Source of the DNA: Paraspadella gotoi
Lineage: Eukaryota; Animalia; Chaetognatha
Length of the DNA: 9,662 nt
Direction: 5' to 3'
NCBI GenBank assembly: GCA_051294375.1
Contig: CM119264.1
Coordinates: forward strand, 21,536,580-21,546,241
Shown: piece by piece, positions 1-9,000 of the stretch
Position numbering within the stretch: position 1 is the first letter of the stretch
Layout of the letters: each line of letters begins with the position of its first letter
Translations under genes and position numbers: made by a program
Notes under the pieces: generated by a model
The model's input: only the letters and a program-made list of their open reading frames with translations
What the model was told of the DNA's origin: nothing
Database searches by the model: none

Positions 1-805
1 CCAATGTAAAAAAAGAAAAAAACGTAGAAAACACCGGAAACAATATTTTCCAAGAAAAAAGAAATAAAAACTTCTGGAAACAACTTTTTCAAAATAAAAA
101 TAGATAAAAAGGTTAAAAACACCGGAAAACAGCTTTTTGATTGTATAAAGAGATAAAAATGTTAAAAACACTGGAAAACGACTTTTTCCTAGTAAAAAAC
201 TGAAAACGTTAAAAACACTGTAAAACGAATTTTCCAATGTAAAAAGAGCTAAAAACGTTAAAAATACCGAAAACGTAATGTAAAAAGAGATAAAAACATT
301 GAAAACACAGGCAAACAACTTTTTCAATGTAAAAAGAAATAAAAACGTTAAAAACTTTGGCAAACGACTTTCCCAGCGACAATCGACTTTTTCAACTTAA
401 AAATGGATAAAAAAGTTAAAAACACTGGAAAACGACTTTTCCAATGCAAAAAGAGATAAAAAATTAAAAACAATGAAAAAGCACTTTTCCAATGTAAAAA
501 GAATTAAAAACGTTAAAAACTTTGTCAAACGACTTTTCCAATAAAAAAAGAAATAAAAACGAATAAAAGCCTGTCAAACGACTATTTCTATGTTAAAAAG
601 CTAAAAACGTTAAAAACATCAATAAACGACTTTTCTTTTGTAAAAAAAGCTAAAAACGTTAAAAACATCAAAAAACTACTTTTCTTTTGTAAAAAGAGAT
701 GAAAATGGTAAAAACACCGAAAAACGACTTTTGCTTTTCCTTTTCCTATTATAAAAAAGCTAAAAACGTTAAAAACACCGAAAAACGACTTCTCCGTTTT
801 CTTTT
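1..805 (+). repeat. Higher-order block, copy 1 (paralogous to ~6962-7790; first ~210 nt also to 9405-9662)
   Basis: Shared rare markers in the same order: gattgtataaagaga (139/7076/9544), truncated aaataccgaaaacgtaatgt, cccagcgacaatcgac (372/7352, only these two copies), ccaatgcaaaa, gactatt, ctccgttttc (792/7773). Confidence 0.88.
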
Positions 806-1665
806 CCAGAGATAAAAACGTTAAAAACACTGAAAAACGACTTTTCCTCGTTAAAAAGAGATGAAAACGTTAAATACACCGGCAGACGACATTTCCTATA
901 TAAAAAGAGATAAAAACTTTAGAAACAAAGAAAAAGGCTTTTTCCAATGTAAAAAGAAATAAAAACGTTAAAAACATCGGCAAACAACTTTTTCAGTATA
1001 AAAAGAGATAAAAAGGTTAAAAACATCGACAAACGACTTTTTCAATGTAAAAAGAGATAAAAACGTAAAAATGATGACTAGCAAACATCTTTTCCAATAT
1101 AAAAAGAGATAAAAACTTTTAAAAAACCGGCAAACGATTTTTCCAATGTAATAAGAGATAAAAAACACCGACAAACGACTTTTCCAATGTAAAAAGAGAT
1201 AAAAACGTTAAATACACCGGCAGGCGACATTTCCTATGTAAAAAGAGATAAAAACGTTAAAAAAACCAGCAAACTTCTTTTCCCAAGAGATAAAAACTTT
1301 AAAAACAAAGAAAAACGCTTTTTCCAATGTAGAAAAAGGTAAAAACGTAGAAAACACCGGCAAACGATTTTTTCAATGTAAAAAGAAATAAAAACGTTAA
1401 AAACTTCGGCAAAAAACTTTTTTAGAATAAAAAAGATAAAAAGGTTAAAAACATTGACAAACAAATTTTCCAATGTAAAAAGAGATAAAAAGGTTAAAAA
1501 CACTAGCAAACATCTTTTCCAATAAAAAAAGAGATAAAAAGTTTTAAAAAACCGGCAAACGATTTTTCCTATATAAAAAGAGAGAAAAAACACCGACAAA
1601 CGACTTTTTCAATGTAAAAAGAGATAAAAACGTTAAATACACCGGCAACCGACTTTTCCTATGTA
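680..1665 (+). repeat. ~1-kb higher-order block, paralogous to ~4770-5800
   Basis: Shared markers ctccgttttcttttccagagat (792/4880), tttagaaacaaagaaaaaggc, tttttcagtata, caggcgac (1221/5354), ggcaaccgac. The near-identical ORF translations at 968..1174 and 5104..5307 reflect this. Confidence 0.88.
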
Positions 1666-2295
1666 GAAAAAGCTAAAAACATTAAAATCATCAAAAAACG
1701 ACCTTTCTTTTTTAAAAAGAGATGAAAACGTTAAAAAAACCGAGAAACTACTTCTCCGTTTTCTTTTCCAATGTAAAAAGAGATAAAAACGTTAAATACA
1801 CCGGCAAACGACTTTTTCTATGTAAAAAGAGCTAAAAACGTTAAAAACACGAGAAAACTTTTCCATTGTAAAAAAAGATAAAAACGTAGAAAACACCGGA
1901 AAACGATATTTTCAAATAAAAAAGAAATAAAAATGTAAAAAACTTCTGCAAACAACTTTTTAAATATAAAAATAGATGAAAAGGTTAAAAACACCGGCAA
2001 ACAACTTTTTGATTGTAAAAAAAGATAAAAACGTTAAAAACACCAGAAAAAGACTTTTTCAATATAAAAAGAGATAAAAAGGTTAAAAACATCGACAAAC
2101 GACTTTTCCAATGTAAAAAGAGATAAAAACGTTAAATACACCGGCAAACTACATTTCCTATGTAAAAAGAGATAAAAACGTTAAAAACCCTATTAAATTT
2201 CTTTTCCAATATAAAAAGAGATAAAAACTTTTAAAAAACCGGGAAACGACTTTTCCAATGTAAAAAGAGATAAAAAAAACCGACAAACGACTTTT

Positions 2296-2476
2296 CCAAT
2301 GTAAAAAGAGATAACAACGTTAAAAAAACCAGCAAACGACTTTTCCCAAGAGATAAAAACTTTAAAAACAAAGAAAAACGCTTTTTCCAATGTAAAAAGA
2401 AATAAAAACGTTAAAAACACCAGCAAACGACTTTTCCCAAGGGATAAAAACTTTAAAAACAAAGAAAACGCTTTTT
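2296..2476 (+). repeat. Local tandem duplication of a two-monomer unit (~91 bp x2)
   Basis: ccaatgt...ccagcaaacgacttttcccaag(a/g)gataaaaactttaaaaacaaagaaaa(a)cgcttttt starts at 2296 and again at 2387. Confidence 0.75.
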
Positions 2477-3108
2477 CAAATATAAAAAAAGATAAAAATG
2501 TAGAAAACACCGGCAAACGATTTTTTGTAAAAAGAAATAAAAACGTTAAAAACTTCGGAAAACGTTTTTTGCAATATAAAAAAAAATAAAAAGGTTACAA
2601 ACACCGACAAACAACTTTTACAATGTAAAAAATAATAAAAACGTTAAATACACCGGCAACCGACTTTTCCTATGTAAAAAGCGCTAAAAACGTTAAAAAC
2701 ACCCGAAATCGACTTTTCCATTGTCAAAAAAGATAAAAACGTTAAAAACACCGAAAAATGTCTTTTCCATTATACAAAAAGATACAAACGTTGAAAAGAC
2801 CAGAAAACAACTTTTTCAATGTAAAAAGAGATAAAAACTTAAAAAAAAAGAAAAACGCTTTTTCCAAAGTAAAAAGAAATAAAAACGTTAAAAACTTTGG
2901 CAAACAACTTTTTTAATATAAAAAGAGATAAAAAGGTTAAAAACATCGACAAACGACTTTTCCTATGTAAAAAAAGATAAAAATGTTAAAAACACTAGCA
3001 AACTTCTTTTCCAATATAAAAAGAGATAAAAACGTTAAATACACCGACAGACGACATTTCCTTTGTAAAAAGAGATAAAAACGTTAAAAACACCAGAAAA
3101 TGACTTTT

Positions 3109-3478
3109 CCAATGTCAATAAATATAAAAACGTTAAAAACACCGAAAAACGTCTTTTCCATTGTAAAAAAGGATATAAACGTTGAAAACACCAGAAAACA
3201 ACTTTTTCAATGTAAAAAAAGATAAAAACTTTAAAAACAAAGAAAAACGCTTTTTCCAATGTAAAAAGAGAAAAAAACGTAGAAAACACCGGAAAACGAT
3301 ATTTTCAAAGAAAAAAGAAATGTCCAATGTCAATAAATATAAAAACGTTAAAAACACCGAAAAACGTCTTTTCCATTGTAAAAAAGGATAAAAACGTTGA
3401 AAACACCAGAAAACTACTTTTTCAATGTAAAAAAAGATAAAAACTTTAAAAACAAAGAAAAACGCTTTTTCCAATGTA
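3109..3478 (+). repeat. Local direct duplication with 215-bp offset (3109-~3263 vs 3324-~3478)
   Basis: ccaatgtcaataaatataaaaacg occurs at 3109 and 3324, each followed by three near-identical monomers. Confidence 0.85.
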
Positions 3479-3815
3479 GAAAGAGATTAAATCGTAAAAA
3501 ACACCGGCAAACGATTTTTTCAATGTAAAAAGAAATAAAAACGTTAAAAACTTTGGCAAACATTTTTTGCAATATAAAAAGAGATAAAAAGGTTAAAAAC
3601 ACCGACAAACAACTTTTCTTTTGTAAAAAGAGATGAAAACGTTAAAAACACTGAAAAACGACTTTTCCTTTTCCTTTTCCTATGTAAAAAAAGCTAAAAG
3701 CGTTAAAAACACCGAAAAACGACTTCTCCGTTTTCTTTTCCAGAGATAAAAACGTTAAAAACACTGAAAAACGACTTTTCCTTTGTAAAAAGAGATGAAA
3801 ACGTTAAATACACCG
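3440..3815 (+). repeat. ~375-bp higher-order block, paralogous to ~4594-4969 (offset 1154)
   Basis: ccaatgtagaaag, ctttggcaaa, ttttttgcaatata, ccttttcctttt and ctccgttttc (3726/4880) are colinear at a constant 1154 offset. Confidence 0.85.
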
Positions 3816-3949
3816 AAAAACGACTTTTCCTTTTCTTTTTCCTTTGAAAAAAAAATCTAAAAACGTTAAAAACACCGAAAAACGACTTCTCCGTTTTCTT
3901 TTCCTTTGTAAAAAGAAATAAAAACGTTAAAAAAACCGAAAAACGACTT

Positions 3950-4217
3950 TTCTTTTGTAAAAAGAGATGAAAACGTTAAATACACCGGCAGACGACATTT
4001 CCTATGTAAAAAGAGATAAAAACGTTTAAAACAACTGCAAACGATTTTTCCAATATAAAATGAGATAAAAACTATAGAAACAAAAAAAAACGCTTTTTCC
4101 AATATAAAAAGTGATAAAAACGAAGAAAACACCGGCAAAAGATATTTTCAATGTAAAAACAAATAAAAACGTTAAAAACTTCGGCAAACATTTTTTGCAA
4201 TATAAAAAGAGATAAAA
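3950..4217 (+). repeat. ~270-bp higher-order block, paralogous to ~8705-8972 (offset ~4755)
   Basis: Markers cgtttaaaacaactgc (caactg at 4032/8787), aaaatgagataaaaactatagaaac, aagtgataaaaacgaagaaaac and aaaaacaaataaaaac are shared. ORFs 3866..4138 and 8615..8893 translate almost identically. Confidence 0.88.
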
Positions 4218-4769
4218 ACGTTAAATACACCGGCAGACGACATTTCCTATGTAAAAAGAGATAAAAACGTTAAAAACACCAGCAAACAACCTTTCCCAAT
4301 AGATAAAAACTTTAAAAACAAAAAAAAAACGCTTTTTCCAATGTAAAAAAAGATAAAAACGAAGAAAACACCGGCAAACGATATTTTCAATGTAAAAAAA
4401 AATAAAAACGTTAAAAATTTCGGCAAACAACTTTTTCAATATAAAAAAGATAAAAAGGTTAAAAACATCGACAAACGAATTTTTACAATGTAAAAAGATA
4501 TAAAAACGTTAAATACACCGGCAGACGACATTTCCTATGTAAAAAGAAATAAAAACGTTAAAAAAACCAGCAAACGACTTTCCCCAAGAGATAAAAACTT
4601 TAAAAACAAAGAAAAACGCTTTTTCCAATGTAGAAAGAAATAAAAACGTAAAAAACACCGGCAAACGATTTTTTTAACGTAAAAAGAAATAAAAACGTTA
4701 AAAACTTTGGCAAATATTTTTTGCAATATAAAAAGAGATAAAAAGGTTAAAAACACCGACAAACAACTT

Positions 4770-5800
4770 TTCTTTTGTAAAAAGAGATGAAAACGTTAAA
4801 AACACTGAAAAACGACTTTTCCTTTTCCTTTTCTTATGTAAAAAAAGCTAAAAACGTTAATAACACCGAAAAACGACTTCTCCGTTTTCTTTTCCAGAGA
4901 TAAAAACGTTAAAAACACTGAAAAACGACTTTTCCTTTGTAAAAAGAGATGAAAACGTTAAATACACCGGCAGACGACATTTCCTATGTAAAAAGAGATA
5001 AAAACTTTAGAAACAAAGAAAAAGGCTTTTTCCTATGTAAAAAGTGATAAAAACGTAGAAACACTGGCAAACGATATTTTCAATATAAAAAGAAATAAAA
5101 ACGTTAAAAACATCGGCAAACAACTTTTTCAGTATAAAAAGAGATAAAAAGGTTAAAAACATCGACAAACGACTTTTCCAATGTAAAAAGAGATAAAAAC
5201 GTTAAAAACACTAGCAAACATGTTTTCCAATTTAAAAAGAGATAAAAACTTTTAAAAAACCGGCAAACGATTTTTCCAATGTAAAAAGAGATAAAAAACA
5301 CCGACAAACGACATTTCCAATGTAAAAAGAGAAAAAAACGTTAAATACACCGGCAGGCGACATTTCCTATGTAAAAAGAGATAAAAACGTTAAAAAAACC
5401 CAGCAAACTACTTTTCCCAAGAGATAAAAACTTTAAAAACAAAGAAAAACGCTTTTTCCATTGTAGAAAAAGATAAAAACGTTGAAAACACCGGCAACCG
5501 CATTTTTCAATGTAAAAAGAAATAAAAACGTTAAAAACTTCGGCAAGAAACTTTTTTAGTATAAAAAGAGATAAAAAGGTTAAAAACATCGACAAACCAA
5601 TTTTCCAATGTAAAAAGAGATAAAAAGGTTAAAAACACTAGCAAACATCTTTTCCAATAAAAAAAGAGATAAAAGAGAGAAAACATCGACAAACGATTTT
5701 TCCTATGTAAAAAGAGATAAAAAACACCGACAAACAACTTTTTCAATGTAAAAAGAGATAATAACGTTAAATACAGCGGCAACCGACTTTTCCTATGTAA
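4770..5800 (+). repeat. ~1-kb higher-order block, paralogous to ~680-1665, with one extra monomer at ~5032-5080
   Basis: Offset shifts from 4088 (792/4880) to 4133 (1221/5354) across the extra monomer cctatgtaaaaagtgataaaaacgtagaaacactggc. Confidence 0.85.
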
Positions 5801-6560
5801 AAAGAGATAAAAACGTTAAAAACACCCGAAAACGACTTTTCCAATGTCAAAAAAGATAAAAACGTTAAAAACACCGAATAATGTCTTTTCCATTGTAAAA
5901 AAGAATAAAAACGTTGAAAAAACCAGAAAACAATTTCTTCAATGTAAAAAAGAGATAAAAACGTTAAAAACTTCGGCAAACAACTTTTTTAATATAAAAA
6001 GAGATAAAAAAGTTAAAAACATCGACAAACTACTTTTCCAATGTAAAAAGAGATGAAAACGTAAAATACACCGGCAGACGACATTTCCTATATAAAAAGA
6101 GATAAAAACGTTAAAAACACTAGCAAACTTCTTTTCCAATATGAAAAGAGATAAAAACATTAAAAACACCAGCAAACGATTTTTCAAAGAGATAAAAACT
6201 TTAAAAACATAGAAAAACGCTTTTTCAAATGTAAAAGGAGATAAAAACATAGAAAACACCGGCAAACGATATTTTCTATGTAAAAAGAAATAAAAACGTT
6301 AAAAACTTTGGCAAAACACTTTTTCAATATAAAAAGAATTAAAAAGGTTAGAAACATCGACAAACGACTTTTCCAATGTAAAAAGAGATACAAACGTTAA
6401 ATACACCGGCAGACGACATTTCCTATGTAAAAAAAATTAAAAACGTTAAAAACACTAGCAAACTTCTTTTCCAATATAAAAAGAGAAAAAAACTTTTAAA
6501 AAACCGGCAAACGATTTTTCAAATGTAAAAAGAGATAAAAAACACCGACAAACGACTTTT

Positions 6561-7195
6561 CCAATGTAAAAAGAGATAAAAACGTTAAGTACAACGGCAG
6601 ACAACATTTCCTATGTAAAAAGAGATAAAAACGTTAAAAACACCGGCAAACGATTTTTCAAAGAAAAACGCTTTTTTCAATGTAAAAAGAGATAAAACCA
6701 TAGAAAACACCGGCAAACGATTTTTTCAATTTAAAAACGTAAAAAACTTCGTCAAACAACTTTTCCAATGTAAAAAGAGATAAAAACGTTAAATACACCG
6801 GCAAATGGACTTTTCCTATGTAAAAAGAGTTAAAAACGTTAAAAACACCCGAAAACGACTTTTCCAATGTCAATAAAGATAAAAATGTTAAAAACACCGA
6901 AAAACGTCTTTTCCATTGTGAAAAAGGATAAAAACGTTGAAAACACCAGAAAACAATTTTTTCAATGTAAAAAGAGATAAAAACGTAGAAAATACCGGAA
7001 AACGATATTTTCAAAGAAAAAAGAAATAAAAACTTCTGCAAACAACTTTTTCAAAACAACGGCAAAAAACTTTTTGATTGTATAAAGAGATAAAAACGTT
7101 AAAAACACTAGAAAACAACTTTTCTTTTGTAGAATGAGATAAAAACGTTAAACATACCGGAAAACGACTTTTTCTTAGTAAAAAAAAGTGAAAAC
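6561..7195 (+). repeat. ~640-bp higher-order block, paralogous to 9001-9662 (offset ~2440-2468)
   Basis: Markers tacaacggcagacaac, caatttaaaaacgt, cttcgtcaaac, ccattgtgaaaaag, gtagaaaataccgg, cttttgtagaat and aaacataccgg are found in both copies in the same order. Confidence 0.88.
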
Positions 7196-7790
7196 GTTAA
7201 AAACACTGTAAAACGACTTTTCCAATTTAAAAAGAGCTAAAACCGTTAAAAATACCGAAAACGTAATGTAAAAAGAGATAAAATAAACCGGCAAACAACT
7301 TTTTCAATGTAAAAAGAAATAAAAACGTTAAAAACTTTGGCAAACGACTTTCCCAGCGACAATCGACTTTTTCAATTTAAAAATGGATTAAAAAGTTAAA
7401 AAAACTAGCAAACGACTCTTCCTTAGTAAAAAAAAATGTAAACGTTAAAAACACTGGAAAACGACTTTTCCAATGCAAAAGGAGATAAAAACGTTAAAAA
7501 CACCGAAAAAGTACTTTTCCAATGTAAAAAGAATTAAAAACGTTAAAAACTTTGGCAAACGACTTTTCAAATAAAAAAAGAAATTAAACCGTTGAAAACC
7601 TCGTCAAACGACTATTCCTATGTAAAAAAATCTAAAAACGTTAAAAACATCAAAAAACGACTTTTCTTTTGTAAAAAGAGATGAAAACGTTAAAAACACC
7701 GAAAAACGACTTTTCTTTTTCCTTTTCCTAGGTAAAAAAACTATAAACGTTAAAAACACCGAGAAGCAACTTCTCCGTTTTCTTTTCCTA
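6962..7790 (+). repeat. Higher-order block, copy 2 of 1-805 (offset ~6940-6980)
   Basis: Same markers as block 1-805; cccagcgacaatcgac at 7352, ctccgttttc at 7773. Confidence 0.85.
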
Positions 7791-7808
7791 TGTAAAAAGA
7801 GATAAAAA

Positions 7809-7973
7809 NNNNNNNNNNNNNNNNNNNNNNNNNNNNNNNNNNNNNNNNNNNNNNNNNNNNNNNNNNNNNNNNNNNNNNNNNNNNNNNNNNNNNNNNNNNN
7901 NNNNNNNNNNNNNNNNNNNNNNNNNNNNNNNNNNNNNNNNNNNNNNNNNNNNNNNNNNNNNNNNNNNNNNNNN
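7809..7973. other. Assembly gap (165 N)
   Basis: Run of N; the same satellite in the same orientation lies on both sides. Confidence 0.99.
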
Positions 7974-8672
7974 CTGCAAACGACTTTTGCAATATAAAAA
8001 GAGATAAAAACTTTTTAAAAAAAGAAAAACGCTTTTTCCTATGTAAAAAGAGATAAAAACGTAGAAAACACCGGCAAACGATATTTTCAATGTAATAAGA
8101 AATAAAAACGTTAAAAACTTTGGCAAACAACTTTTTCATCATAAAAATAGATAAAAACGTTTAAAAACCGGCAAACGATTTTTCCAATGTAAAAAGAGAT
8201 AAAAAACACCGACAAACGACTTTAAAAACCAATGTAAAAAGATATAAAAACATTAAAAACACTAGCAAACGACTTTTCCAAAGAGATAAAAACTTAAAAA
8301 ACAAAGAAAACAAAGAAAAACGCTTTTTCCAATGTAAAAAGAGATAAAAACGTAGAAAACACCGGCAAACGACTTTTCCTATGTAAAAAGAGCTCAAAAC
8401 GTTAAAAACACCGGAAAACGACTTTTCCAATGTCAATAAAGATAAAAACACCGAAAAAAATTATTTTCCAGTGTAAAAAAAGAATAAAAACATTGAAAAC
8501 ACCAGAAAAAACTTTTTCAATGTAAAAAGAGATAAAAGTTTTAAAAACAAAGAAAAACGCTTTTTCCAATCTAAAAATAGATAAAAACGTAGAAAACACA
8601 TGAAAACGATATTTTCAAAGAAAAAGGAAATAAAAACTTCTGCAAACAACTTTTTGCAATATAAAAAGAGAT

Positions 8673-8682
8673 NNNNNNNNNN
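8673..8682. other. Assembly gap (10 N, probably a placeholder length)
   Basis: Run of 10 N between gagat and taaaaac, where the consensus monomer has 8 nt. Confidence 0.97.
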
Positions 8683-9000
8683 TAAAAACATCAAAAAAAG
8701 ACTTTTCTTTAGTAAAAAGAGATGAAAACGTTAAATACACCGGCAGACGACATTTCCTATGTAAAAAGAGATAAAAACGTTTAAAACAACTGCAAACGAT
8801 TTTTCCAATATAAAATGAGATAAAAACTATAGAAACAAAGAAAAACGCTTTTTCCAATGTAAAAAGTGATAAAAACGAAGAAAACACCGGCAAACGATTT
8901 TTTCAATGTAAAAACAAATAAAAACGTTAAAAACTTCGGCAAACATTTTTTGAAATATAAAAAGAGATAAAAAGGTTAAAAACACCGACAAACAACTTCT

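Noticed and set aside
426-443. Rho-independent terminators from hairpins next to T runs
   Set aside because: The stems are short and AT-rich, the T run is part of the stem, and there is no upstream gene.
3182-6056. Two plus-strand Lys/Asn-rich ORFs (3182..3391 and 5844..6056)
   Set aside because: Short, low-complexity translations of the A-rich strand with non-ATG or incidental starts and no recognisable domain.
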